In this document: positions 10,400 to 20,554 of the stretch, one piece after another
Numbering within the stretch: position 1 is the stretch's first letter
Layout: the number at the start of each line of letters is the position of its first letter
NCBI GenBank assembly: GCA_037381445.1
Contig: JARRQT010000085.1
Location: forward strand, 1 to 42,128
Reading direction: 5' to 3'
DNA length: 42,128 bases
Source: Calditrichia bacterium
GTDB lineage: Bacteria; Calditrichota; Calditrichia; RBG-13-44-9
Program-made: the position numbers and the translations under genes
Notes under the pieces: model-generated
Databases searched by the model: none
What the model was told of the DNA's origin: nothing
The model's input: the letters and a program-made list of their open reading frames with translations, nothing else

Positions 10400-11401
10400 T
10401 TAAAACTGAAAATTAACAGCAAACATTTGGACTGCATCGAAATGTTTGAACTGGACATAGCTGTAATCAAGTCCCAGCGCCAAATTATTCAGGCTGTAAT
10501 TTACGCCGCCGCCAAACGTGAGGTCTTCTTCATCATAATTGGCTTTATAACCGCCACGCAGAAACAGCATGTTTTTATAGCCATATTCCAGACCGACATT
10601 CAACCGCTCGGAATAATCGCGCGGGTGTATGGCATCCACAGCCAGGGTAAGGCTGTGGTCCGATTCGCTGGTCCACAAACTGGTCATATCCATTGCCAGA
10701 CCCAGTTTGAAAGTCAACGGCAGAGAGAACTGATCGACCCGGTATTTTTTCTCCTGGGAGAAATTCTGCAGGGTCATTGCCAGGCGCAGATCTTTGAAGC
10801 CGGTATAATAGATGGTCCCGAAATCAAAGGCGAAAAGGTTCATCTTGGCGGTGTACTCCGTTCCGCTTCCAAGAACGTCTCCTTCCAGGTTCGAACCAAG
10901 ATTCTCATACAGATAGCGGAGATTGCCGCCGATGGAAAAACGATCGGTTACTCGCCGGGCATATCCGATGCCGGCAAACCAGTCGGTGGGAGAAAAATCT
11001 CCGGTCTCCACGAAACCATCTCCTGTATCGGCCCGCCGGGTGCCGTGAAAAACACCCCAGTCAACACCGGCAAAACTGAGACTGAAGAATCCCAGGTTTC
11101 CGGCATCATAAGTGAAGCCGGCTGCGTTCACGTTGATATCGGCAATCCATTTTGTCTGGGAAAGAAAGAGATTACCGCCCTTGGTTAAAGCGATACCCGC
11201 CGGATTCCAGAAAATGGAACTGGCGTCATTGGCCATGGCAGTGTATGCCCCGCCCAGCGCACTGGCCCGCGCGCCGATCGGGATGGACAACCAGTCCATC
11301 CCGGATTGAGCGACCTTCTTCAAGCCGGCGGCCTGTGAGGGGACAGAAATCGTCATGAATACCATTATTATTAAAATCAAATATTTACTTATTTTTTTCA
11401 T
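10400..11401 (-). CDS. PorV/PorQ (UPF0164)-family outer-membrane beta-barrel
   Basis: LSIPIGARASALGGAYTA..DASSIFWNPAGI signature, LFLRGGY, terminal Phe. Confidence 0.9.
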   Translation of the reverse strand: MKKISKYLILIIMVFMTISVPSQAAGLKKVAQSGMDWLSIPIGARASALGGAYTAMANDASSIFWNPAGIALTKGGNLFLSQTKWIADINVNAAGFTYDAGNLGFFSLSFAGVDWGVFHGTRRADTGDGFVETGDFSPTDWFAGIGYARRVTDRFSIGGNLRYLYENLGSNLEGDVLGSGTEYTAKMNLFAFDFGTIYYTGFKDLRLAMTLQNFSQEKKYRVDQFSLPLTFKLGLAMDMTSLWTSESDHSLTLAVDAIHPRDYSERLNVGLEYGYKNMLFLRGGYKANYDEEDLTFGGGVNYSLNNLALGLDYSYVQFKHFDAVQMFAVNFQF

Positions 11402-11456
11402 TTTATTCCTCCTGACAGATTATTTTTCATTTTTGGCTTAATTGAAATAATTTGGA

Positions 11457-13451
11457 TTAGCGGACTACGACAAATTTTTCAATACTGCCAGGAATCGGTT
11501 TCTTGTCAAGATTCCGTGCCCCATCCACCTGCAGGATATAAACACCGCTGGCAACCAACTGATTAGATTCGGTCACCAGATCCCAGGACTCATCGGCACT
11601 TCCTGTCGCATGATCAATGGTCTTGATCAGATCACCAGCCGCTGTATAAATACGCAGCGTGCAATAGGGCGGAAGATTGACAAATAAAATCTTGTCCACG
11701 TTTTCTGTGAAATTATATGCGCCGGCCTTTGTCAAATAAGGATTCGGGACAATCCTTACCTTTTCGGCCGTCGGTTCACCCGGTGCAAATGCATAGGCCG
11801 CAATCTGGGAACGGTTGGCATATTTGGAACTTTCCAGTTTCTGATCGGGAAAGAGTCCATCCGTATTCTGGGAGCCATTATCGACGGCGGTCACCGCATA
11901 GTGATAGGGTTCCCCTCTTACCACAGTGCTGTCGGTATAGGTTGTCACATTTTTGGGAACCTCGGCAATTTTTTCCCACAGCAGGTGAGTACCATTGGCA
12001 TTCAATTCGTTGTAGGTGTCTACAAGAAAGGCGCCTCTTTTGCGGTAAACATTATAATGATCGAGATCAGGAACACCCGTATCAGGGTCACCAACGCCGG
12101 ACATGTCCTGCCATTTCAGGTAAATCTCGTTCGGTCCCGATTCAACGGTCAAGTCGGGAGCAGGCAGCGGATCGGGGATATCAAGGTTACGATGATAGGC
12201 CCAGTTGGCACGATCCATGGTTTGGAAAAGCGAATCTTTTCCGGCAATTGCCAGCTGCCGGGAAATCCCATTTACGCCCACGGCATAAACGATCTCAACA
12301 GAGTCGCCTAACTGGAAGTTATAGGGGCCAAATGCCTGGATGGGATATTCATCTTCCTGGGCGGAGGCGTCATCGGGCCAGCCGGACTGGTCTTCGACCG
12401 TCTGGCGGGTTCCGGAAGAAGCCCAGTCCCAAATGGTCGTGAATCCGGGAAAATCGGTATCCCATATGTTGTAGATACTGATGTTGCCGATAATGGACAC
12501 CGGCTGAGCGGGATTGTCGGTTTTATCACTTACCGAATTGTCCACATGCAGCGCGGCGAATCCGCCATAGGAAGAAGAAACAAATTCCCCGGAAGGCATG
12601 GGTGAACCGCCTTCTTCACCAATGGCAAAACGGGGATCGCCGGTATCGTCAAAACTGGCGCCATCGGCCTCAAACTGATCGATCTCAGGATCATCGCCAT
12701 CCCAGCCATAGGATACTGATAAATCTCTTCCGTCCTGCACCAGGGTAGAAGGAACCTCTTCGTAGGTTGCCCAGTCATCTTTTCCCTCTTCATACCAGCG
12801 GGAATAGGTAATATAGGTGCCTTCTGCGGTCTGAAAACTGTAGCCGACCAGAAAGTAAACATCCTGCAGCGTCTGATCGGTTTTGGTGTCCGGCTGGGGG
12901 TCCTGATCCCAGTCGAATGTGCATTTGTACCGTGCATAGTGGATTACATAATCATCATGGTTGGGATTAGAGAATGAATAGGACCTTTCCAGCACGATCA
13001 TCTCATCCGCCGGCAGATTCGGATCCACCTCTCCGGTAAAGCGCCGGGAAGAGCTCTGCAATTTGCCCTCTGAATATACCCAGACTTCCGGCGGTTTGTA
13101 GCGGCGGACTTCTTTTATCCCGTACGGCTCGGTCTGGTTATAAGAGACCGGATATTCAAAAAATTGCTCTTTGTTATGGATGGTTCCGGTGGAATCAATC
13201 CACGTTCCGACAGCCACTCCATTATTATGAAATACAATATTCGCATAACGGAACTGGTCCTGGGGCCATTCACCGGTCGGATCCACTTCATTGGTATTAA
13301 TCGTTTCATCAGCCTCGATCCGCATCTTAAAATCTCCCAGGTCATGGGTACGGGATTGGGCGAAGAGCATCGTGCCGCCCCATAAGACCATGAAGAGAAT
13401 AATCAGGCTCAGAACGAAAGGCCGATTTATTTCATGTTTGTATTGCTTCAT
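11457..13451 (-). CDS. Secreted acidic protein with FN3-like domain and T9SS-like C-terminal domain
   Basis: Signal peptide; PDPLPAP..IYLKW..YNVYR..YHYAVTAVD (FN3); VRIVPNPY..FVNLPPYCTLRIYTAAGDLIKTI..WDLVT..VASGVYI..KFVVVR (CTD). Confidence 0.85.
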   Translation of the reverse strand: MKQYKHEINRPFVLSLIILFMVLWGGTMLFAQSRTHDLGDFKMRIEADETINTNEVDPTGEWPQDQFRYANIVFHNNGVAVGTWIDSTGTIHNKEQFFEYPVSYNQTEPYGIKEVRRYKPPEVWVYSEGKLQSSSRRFTGEVDPNLPADEMIVLERSYSFSNPNHDDYVIHYARYKCTFDWDQDPQPDTKTDQTLQDVYFLVGYSFQTAEGTYITYSRWYEEGKDDWATYEEVPSTLVQDGRDLSVSYGWDGDDPEIDQFEADGASFDDTGDPRFAIGEEGGSPMPSGEFVSSSYGGFAALHVDNSVSDKTDNPAQPVSIIGNISIYNIWDTDFPGFTTIWDWASSGTRQTVEDQSGWPDDASAQEDEYPIQAFGPYNFQLGDSVEIVYAVGVNGISRQLAIAGKDSLFQTMDRANWAYHRNLDIPDPLPAPDLTVESGPNEIYLKWQDMSGVGDPDTGVPDLDHYNVYRKRGAFLVDTYNELNANGTHLLWEKIAEVPKNVTTYTDSTVVRGEPYHYAVTAVDNGSQNTDGLFPDQKLESSKYANRSQIAAYAFAPGEPTAEKVRIVPNPYLTKAGAYNFTENVDKILFVNLPPYCTLRIYTAAGDLIKTIDHATGSADESWDLVTESNQLVASGVYILQVDGARNLDKKPIPGSIEKFVVVR

Positions 13452-13500
13452 AAGCTGGTTTCTCCTCTTATTCTATCCTAAATTCATTAAAGAATAAAAT

Positions 13501-16485
13501 TTACATTTGAATCCGGATGCCAAAGAAAATATCTCTGGGATTAACAAATTGCGCCCAGGTATTCCAACCCAGGTCAATATAACTCTGTTTATAATCGCCC
13601 AGTTCGTCATTACCGTGCTGACTGCCGGTTTCCCACGGGAAATGCAAAGAATCCACATACCGGTTCCAATATAATGGATTGGGGAATCCTTTGTAGTTGA
13701 ACAGATTTTTGATCTGCATATAGGCGCTGAAACGGGTATTATTGAAAGTGAACCGTTTTTCCAGCATGAGATCGGTATTCCAGTAATCGATCACATTCGC
13801 CCAGTGCTGCTGGCCGGGGGCGGCATCGGGAGTCAGGTTCTCTTTCCCGCCGTCAGACCATTCCTGCAGAATATTCAACTGCCAGTTACCCAATAATTTA
13901 TTTCCCAAAATGGAAGGACCGAAATTTCTGGGTGTCCGGAAGGTCAGATTAGCAGTTGCGGAAGGAACCGGCCAGTTTCGGGTCTGGAGCGGACTTTCAC
14001 GCTGCAGGTAGGCCAGTTGCGGATCCTGGTAAATGGTTCCATAACCAGTCAATCCTGTACTTTGAATCATATATTCCATATTAATCCAGCCGTACCAGAA
14101 TCGGCCGACGCGGCGTTCCAGTTTCAGTTCCAGTCCCCGGATATCCGCATATCCGTTGTTCGACCATGTCGTTACAACGCTCTCGTTGTCATAAGGCACA
14201 ATTGTTACCGGTACAAGCTGATTGGAGACATCCTTGTAATAGCCCATGAAATGGATCAGATAGTCGTTGGCCACGCTCTTTTCCACACCAATCTCATAGG
14301 AAATGGTGCGGGGCCAGTCAGCCTTTATATTCGGAATAGTCGCGCCATTGCCTGATGGTTTTACGGTATAGAGCTGATCTATGACCGGCGGCTGATAGAA
14401 ATGGCCGTAATTGAAAAATATTTTACTGCTCGACGTGATCGGATGGGCAATCCCCAGCCGGGGGCTAATATAGAGCTTATACGACTTGTCATTTGTTCGT
14501 AACTGTGAGAAGCTGTTTCCTTCTGCCGTGAAATTCGCCAGGTCATAGGGAAGATTTGCAAAAATGTATGACGGATTTAAAATAAAGGGTTGTTTTCCTG
14601 GCTGCAGGTAATCCGCCCGGACGCCAAAATTGGCAATCATACCCTGGTATTCCAGCTTATCCTGAATATAGGCGCCGAAATTCACAGGAGATGAATCGTA
14701 GTACCACCAGACGGTCGGGTTGACGTCAAACGGCTGAGTAGTATATCCATGATTGATCTCCCGGCGTTCTTTAAACCGGGTATACTCAACGCTCAGGCCG
14801 GTTTTAATCTGGTTATGCTTATCGATCTGTGATACCAGATCACCGGAGAACTTTAATCCCCAGTAGCGGGAATGGTCCTGGCCTCTTCCGCCGCCGGACA
14901 TCAAAAAGTCGCCCAGAACATCATATTGTTCCGTGATGGAACCGAGCTGGCTGCCGACATAACCAAATGGTGCCTCATCATACCAATTGCCACCAATGTT
15001 CTTGATTCCGGTGGTATCACGGAGTCCAATGGGTTCCTGGGTAATATGATAGTTCGTGTATTCCAGATCCAGGTCGTAAAAGGTCTTGGGACTTAACACA
15101 TGGTTGAGGGAGATGCCGCCTCTGTACTGCATGGTTTCTGCCGGATTATAATTGGCATTGTTCCAGATATAGCGCCAGAAAAAAGCATTCTGGGCATACT
15201 GGGTGCCCTGCCGGGAGCCCGTGATAAGCCCGTTGGTATCATCATAAATGGAACCGCTCACGCCCCGGACCAGCATGAAATTATTATTAAAGGAGAGTTT
15301 CATCTCGGGAGTCAGGTGTGTGGTCAATTTCAACAGGGTAGTACTGGCAATAGAATTGTTCCGACTCATGGGATATACCAGCTGCAGGTTCTCGTAACGC
15401 TGAGAAAGCATAAAGGCAACCGGCGTTCCGGGAATGGGTCCGCTGATGGCGCCGTCAAAGATGTAATCCGGTTTGTTGCCATATTCAATGTTGCGATGCT
15501 GCCATTTCCAGAGTTCCAGCAAAGCCTGCGGGGTCATGTCATTGCTGGGATCAGGATCCGCCAGAAACTGCCGGGCCACCTCATTCCAGCCCACAAAAGT
15601 GAGCGGATATTGTCCGGCATCTACCATATCCTGCGTCACGCCCGTAAAGGCATCGGGACCGGCATAGGTTTGCCAGAATGGTCCATCGATGCTGTAAGGA
15701 CTGGGGCCGAAATGCTTTAAGGCGGGGGGACTCATGCGAGCGTCCAGATTAAAGGAATAACGGTCCATGCTCCCTTCCTTGGTCACCACATTCACCAAAC
15801 CGGAACGGATATCACCATATTCGGCGGTGAATCCACCGGTCAAGACTTCAATTTCCTGTACGGCCGACAGATTCAGGGTAGTCATAGGCTGCTGGTTTCT
15901 CTCATTCCGCGTGGAAAGCCCGTCAACAACGATGTCCGTTTCATTCAGACCGCCGCCGCGAACCAGCAATCCGGTCCCATCGGTGGAGGCATGCAACTGA
16001 ATACCGGCCTCAGTCGATAATACTTCTTCCAGGTTATCTACCGGTCGGTCCATAATTGCTTCGCTGGTGACAATTTTCTGACTGGAGGAGACATCCATCT
16101 GAATAACCGGTCGGCTTGCTTCCACGACAACCGTCTCCCCCTTAACGCTTTCCTGTCCGATACTAAAATTCAGCGTGGTTGTCTGGCTGACGCTCACCTG
16201 CACATTTTCCTTCACCATGGTGGCATATCCGACCATCATCGATTTTACCTGGTATTTGCCGGGAGGGACATTGATAATAAAATAGAAACCGTCCGCGTCC
16301 GTTGCCGCACCCATGGTGGTGCCTTCAATAATTACGTTCACTCCGGGAAGCGGCTCTTTGGTGTCCTTATCAACCACCTGACCCGCTATCTTACCTGTGC
16401 TGGCGGCCCATGCCGCGGACCCCACGGTAAGCAGGAGCAAAAGAAGAAAGGCAAACAAAACAAAGAATTTGTTTGTTTTTTGCAT
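13501..16485 (-). CDS. TonB-dependent receptor (CarboxypepD_reg-like + plug + barrel)
   Basis: TGKIAGQVVDKDTKEPLPGVNV; plug VRGG..VDG..EVLTGGFTAEYG..SGLVNVVTKEG; ISPRLG; NPRDIFFGIRI; AGGAGG RBS. Confidence 0.93.
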   Translation of the reverse strand: MQKTNKFFVLFAFLLLLLLTVGSAAWAASTGKIAGQVVDKDTKEPLPGVNVIIEGTTMGAATDADGFYFIINVPPGKYQVKSMMVGYATMVKENVQVSVSQTTTLNFSIGQESVKGETVVVEASRPVIQMDVSSSQKIVTSEAIMDRPVDNLEEVLSTEAGIQLHASTDGTGLLVRGGGLNETDIVVDGLSTRNERNQQPMTTLNLSAVQEIEVLTGGFTAEYGDIRSGLVNVVTKEGSMDRYSFNLDARMSPPALKHFGPSPYSIDGPFWQTYAGPDAFTGVTQDMVDAGQYPLTFVGWNEVARQFLADPDPSNDMTPQALLELWKWQHRNIEYGNKPDYIFDGAISGPIPGTPVAFMLSQRYENLQLVYPMSRNNSIASTTLLKLTTHLTPEMKLSFNNNFMLVRGVSGSIYDDTNGLITGSRQGTQYAQNAFFWRYIWNNANYNPAETMQYRGGISLNHVLSPKTFYDLDLEYTNYHITQEPIGLRDTTGIKNIGGNWYDEAPFGYVGSQLGSITEQYDVLGDFLMSGGGRGQDHSRYWGLKFSGDLVSQIDKHNQIKTGLSVEYTRFKERREINHGYTTQPFDVNPTVWWYYDSSPVNFGAYIQDKLEYQGMIANFGVRADYLQPGKQPFILNPSYIFANLPYDLANFTAEGNSFSQLRTNDKSYKLYISPRLGIAHPITSSSKIFFNYGHFYQPPVIDQLYTVKPSGNGATIPNIKADWPRTISYEIGVEKSVANDYLIHFMGYYKDVSNQLVPVTIVPYDNESVVTTWSNNGYADIRGLELKLERRVGRFWYGWINMEYMIQSTGLTGYGTIYQDPQLAYLQRESPLQTRNWPVPSATANLTFRTPRNFGPSILGNKLLGNWQLNILQEWSDGGKENLTPDAAPGQQHWANVIDYWNTDLMLEKRFTFNNTRFSAYMQIKNLFNYKGFPNPLYWNRYVDSLHFPWETGSQHGNDELGDYKQSYIDLGWNTWAQFVNPRDIFFGIRIQM

Positions 16486-16596
16486 ATTAGTACCTCCTTT
16501 GATTAGATAGAATCAAGTTCTATTATTTTCGATCCCTCTCAGCTACCGGCAAAACAAAATATTACAAAATACTACATACGCTCAAGACTATGAATT

Positions 16597-18075
16597 TCAA
16601 TTATTTAAATATGGCTTATTGCTCTCGGGATAGGAACGCATGACATCGTCCTCCCAATTAGGATTGTGAATTTCATCGGGTGATGTGGAATCTACCAGCA
16701 CGTAATGACCATCTCCCACGCGGTCAACAAAAACAAATTCGGTGGTGCCGTTGAGGCTGTACGTCCAGATCTCACTTCCCTTGCTGGATGCAACGGGTGA
16801 TGCTTTTCGGGTAATCTGAAATGGCGGGCCATATTTTATATATATTCTTCCCATATCAGAATTAATGCCGCCGGGGAAATTCTGCTTGCAGTAGGCAATC
16901 CGTCGAAAATGCTCTACCATAAACTCATTTTGGGGCGTTGCGGGGTCAGGATCCTTGGATTTCCAGAATTTCAGCAGAAATTCCTGCTTCCCTTCAGGAT
17001 CCAGTTCCATGAATATTTTCTTCTCCGCATTGGTCGCAATATACTTTATCTGATCATAGTAATTTTTTATGTCAGCTTCGGTCATGGGAAGAACCATGTG
17101 ATTCGAGGAACTGTCCGAAACGATGCTGAAATAAGCAGATTTGCTGATCGAATTTTCATACTCCAGATCGGTCAGGGTAACAGTAAACTTATAAATTCCG
17201 GTCTTCAATTCAGAAATGGGAATTATTTCTATTCTCGCTGAATTTGACGAGTTCTTGCGGATGGCATTATGGGATTTTCGCACAATTTCATTTCCTGCCA
17301 GATCGGAAACAGCAAAATTGGTTTCATAATAAGCGGTTTGGTCCGCCTGAAAAGGCATATTATTGATTTCATAATAGACATATCCATTTTTCTGTTGCTC
17401 CCCGGACCAGAAGCGATGCGAAGGAACCGGCACCATCAGTAATCCATTTTTAACAAAATCGTTCTTTTCAGTAGTTTTTTGAATACCAGAAATAAGATAT
17501 AAATCACTTAAATTCAATTGGTCGGAAAAATCCCTAACCCGAAAACCGGCATTCAAAAGACCTTCTCTTCTGGTTACCGAATCGCTGATGGATATCTGCA
17601 AATGCATCGCGGCAGGTTTAAGATTGAATCTTTTAATATCGATGAAATTGTATCCGTTTTGAAGATCCTGAACACGATTCAGGGATATGGCCTTCTTCTG
17701 CTGGATTGAGGCCAGGGTAGCGGAATCGGGTCCGGTAATTCTGACATTTACGACGAGAATCGTAGTATCATTCCGGGGCTGTTGAGAAATCAGTTGGGAT
17801 AGCGGAAGTGAATACAATACCTCGACCCGGGTCATTCCCTCGGGCGCCTGATACTGGCAGACATCCGCAGAAAAGGAAAGAGTGCCGGAACTTTCCTGTG
17901 GAAATTGCGACACTCTTTCGGTCTGTGCATTTATGCCCTGGGGATTCAAAAAACACCAGAAAAAAATCAGCAGAAACAGGGACATCATATACTCATAGCC
18001 CGGGAGGTAGGTCCAGGCGGAAAGCTTTGCTTTTTTCAAAAAACCTGCTTTTAAATTTTTAAAAGATATAACCAT
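16597..18075 (-). CDS. GWxTD-domain protein (variant motif)
   Basis: IKYIAT..FLLKFWKSKDPDPATPQNEFMVEHFRRIAY..GGINSDMGRIYIKYGPP..EIWTY..FVFVD. Start uncertain (18075 or ~17988). Confidence 0.85.
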   Translation of the reverse strand: MVISFKNLKAGFLKKAKLSAWTYLPGYEYMMSLFLLIFFWCFLNPQGINAQTERVSQFPQESSGTLSFSADVCQYQAPEGMTRVEVLYSLPLSQLISQQPRNDTTILVVNVRITGPDSATLASIQQKKAISLNRVQDLQNGYNFIDIKRFNLKPAAMHLQISISDSVTRREGLLNAGFRVRDFSDQLNLSDLYLISGIQKTTEKNDFVKNGLLMVPVPSHRFWSGEQQKNGYVYYEINNMPFQADQTAYYETNFAVSDLAGNEIVRKSHNAIRKNSSNSARIEIIPISELKTGIYKFTVTLTDLEYENSISKSAYFSIVSDSSSNHMVLPMTEADIKNYYDQIKYIATNAEKKIFMELDPEGKQEFLLKFWKSKDPDPATPQNEFMVEHFRRIAYCKQNFPGGINSDMGRIYIKYGPPFQITRKASPVASSKGSEIWTYSLNGTTEFVFVDRVGDGHYVLVDSTSPDEIHNPNWEDDVMRSYPESNKPYLNN

Positions 18076-18169
18076 GGAAATACATCACTTAAATTATGAT
18101 ACCTTTTTAACTCTTTCTTTTCCTGTCCGCCGCCGGGCGAATGAAGATTGACGCTGCTTGCGGTTTATC

Positions 18170-19084
18170 TCATACTTTTTGGGCAACTTGCTGCACTTCT
18201 TCCGACGGCTCTTCTTCCGGTTCAATGGCCATCAACAGCGAGGCGACGACGGCAAATACCATCCCGGTCACAATAATCGGATGGGGAATAACAGCGTAGA
18301 TTGCCAGCGAAATGATGATGGTAATAACCGGCGCACCCGCATTGGTGAGCGGACTTACAATAATTGCTTTTCCATGACGGAAAGCGTAAACGAGAGTCAG
18401 AGCTCCGACAGCGTTCAGGATTTGGATTATGGCCGCCAGGTACGGACCTTTAAATCCCCAATTTATAGGCTGGGAAAAATCGGTCATCACCAGCGCGAAG
18501 GGAATTAACAAAATGCCTGTGACCATCATGTAGAAGAAAATGCTTTCAGCTTTCATGGTTTCATTGGCGAACTTCATAACGTATGCCTGAATTCCCCAGG
18601 CCAGGAATACCAGAAGGGAGAGAATAATCCATAGATAACCGCTGGCCCCGCCGTTGTTGGGCGGTTGATAGGAAAGCAGCGGAATTGCGAGAAGGGCCAA
18701 GACGATGCCCGCCCATCCTCTTTTGCTGGCCCGCTCTTTCAGGAACCAGTAGGAAAGCAGAATGGTAATGACCGGAGACAGGGAAATAAATGGAAATACA
18801 ATATAGGCGGGTCCCATTCGTAAGGCCTGGAATAATATCAGCTGACCGCCAGCCCCCAAAAATCCGATAATTGCACCTAGCACAATGGAACGTAAATTAA
18901 ATTCCAGTTTCCAGTTTATAATCTTTAATGCCACCAATGCCGGCGGAATCATTGTGAGTGCCCAAACCGAATAACCCAAAGTCGCAGGAAAACCCGCCTT
19001 CTCAGGAATTTCAATCAGCGCGCCCCATACTCCCCAGAAACTTGTCGTAATCAGAGCGAATATCAGCCACAATCTGGATTTCAA
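18170..19084 (-). CDS. DMT/EamA-family transporter
   Basis: About 10 TM helices in two repeats (FWGVWG.../AWGIQA...); TTG start with GGAGG RBS. Confidence 0.88.
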   Translation of the reverse strand: MKSRLWLIFALITTSFWGVWGALIEIPEKAGFPATLGYSVWALTMIPPALVALKIINWKLEFNLRSIVLGAIIGFLGAGGQLILFQALRMGPAYIVFPFISLSPVITILLSYWFLKERASKRGWAGIVLALLAIPLLSYQPPNNGGASGYLWIILSLLVFLAWGIQAYVMKFANETMKAESIFFYMMVTGILLIPFALVMTDFSQPINWGFKGPYLAAIIQILNAVGALTLVYAFRHGKAIIVSPLTNAGAPVITIIISLAIYAVIPHPIIVTGMVFAVVASLLMAIEPEEEPSEEVQQVAQKV

Positions 19085-19237
19085 AACTTCCTCCTTTCAA
19101 AACACTTCAAACAACGAATACTAATACTATTTGCCAGGTTTTTCAATAATTCTTTTATGTTTGTTATGTAATCTACCTATATAACCAAATACCAAACCAT
19201 CCATTTAACAATCTTACAGGTCATCCTGCCGATGACA

Positions 19238-20554
19238 TTAATTTTTCTGCCTTCCGGAGGCAGCATAGGAATACATTTTTAAGACCTCTCTTATTTTATG
19301 TCTCATCAGGACGGTCGGAGTATTTTCGATTAAGCCCTCTCTAACGGCAAAATATTGTCCGGGCAGGTATTGGCTGAGCAATGTCAGAGGTGGTGAATAT
19401 TGCTGAAGGTTTTTTATGAGTTGCTGCAATGCTTTTTCAACGGAAGGATCGGGCCAGTAGTATCTCAAACGGTCGCTGTAACTATAGCGGCGGGCAAAGG
19501 CGAGAGAATGGTCGTCGCCATGATAATGCTTTCGCCAGTATCCCGGATTATTTAACATAGCGCGATCCAGCACGGTCCGGATGTCGGAAATAGTTTCACC
19601 CTTCTTCCGTGCGACCCATTCATCCTCAATATGAGAAAGCGCAAAAACCGCTTCCCTTAGCGCAAAGGTAAGCCAGGGGCCGACCTTCAGGATTGCAAAG
19701 TGGTCTTCTACCATCATTCGCAGCATTTCTTTCTTCTGATAATCTGTGGAATGGGCCTCGAACAGGAGATTCGGATAACGGTCAATAAATTGTGAAAGAT
19801 CCTGCGCCCGGGCGCGGTCGTATTCAAACACATTCGTATCGCCGAATTCAACGCCGGGCTGCACAACTACCGCCAGCACTCTTTCCCAGGCATCCTGCAA
19901 CCCTCTTTCAAAAAATGCCTTCCGGGTAATCTCAATGGTTTCCTCCAGTTCATTCACCGGGGTTATCCGCAGGGAAGACAACTCCTCCTGTGCGCCCCCC
20001 GGGATAGGCACGTCCGTTCCAATCACGTAAACGGGAGCGGACAGATCAGCGCTCCGCTGTGCGGCTGCGTTCTCCGCCACTTCACAAAGCTCCGCCGCCC
20101 TTCGGGCCACGGTCCGCGTATCAAACAAGGAGTGGGGATCTCCGGGATCATCGGCGCAGCGCATGCTGGTATCCAGGTGGATTTTGGTAAATCCTGCTTC
20201 AACATAGGCCCTGATCAGTTCCCGCGCATTCTCCATGGCAATCGCGGAATTCTGATTTTGCCAGGCATTGGGTCCGAGATGGTCGCCTCCCAGAATAATC
20301 CGTCCCGCCGGGAGACCGGCTGTTTTCGCAATATTGAAGACAAAATCCTTAAACTGCCGGGGAGTAAGTCCGGTGTAGCCTCCGAATTGATCCACCTGAT
20401 TTGAAGTGGATTCGATCAAAAGCTCGGAACCATCTTCCTTTGCCTGATGCATCGAGGCTTCCAGCACAAAGGGATTGGCCGAACAGACCGAATAGATGCC
20501 CACCGGTTTTTCATTTTTGTGGGCCTGAATTATTTTCCGAAGCGGATTTTCCAT
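19238..20554 (-). CDS. kbaZ: KbaZ/GatZ/AgaZ-family protein (tagatose-6-phosphate 4-epimerase / aldolase accessory subunit)
   Basis: GIYSVCSA, LIESTSNQVDQFGGYTG, LGGDHLGPNAW, KIHLDTSM, VVQPGVEF, FEAHSTDYQ, ILKVGPWLTFALREA, YSYSDRLRYYW. Confidence 0.95.
   Translation of the reverse strand: MENPLRKIIQAHKNEKPVGIYSVCSANPFVLEASMHQAKEDGSELLIESTSNQVDQFGGYTGLTPRQFKDFVFNIAKTAGLPAGRIILGGDHLGPNAWQNQNSAIAMENARELIRAYVEAGFTKIHLDTSMRCADDPGDPHSLFDTRTVARRAAELCEVAENAAAQRSADLSAPVYVIGTDVPIPGGAQEELSSLRITPVNELEETIEITRKAFFERGLQDAWERVLAVVVQPGVEFGDTNVFEYDRARAQDLSQFIDRYPNLLFEAHSTDYQKKEMLRMMVEDHFAILKVGPWLTFALREAVFALSHIEDEWVARKKGETISDIRTVLDRAMLNNPGYWRKHYHGDDHSLAFARRYSYSDRLRYYWPDPSVEKALQQLIKNLQQYSPPLTLLSQYLPGQYFAVREGLIENTPTVLMRHKIREVLKMYSYAASGRQKN

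Noticed and set aside
19091..19111. CTTTCAAAACACTTCAAA near the DMT start, a possible second AgaR site
   Set aside because: Only two weak boxes, overlapping the RBS region; not distinguishable from chance.
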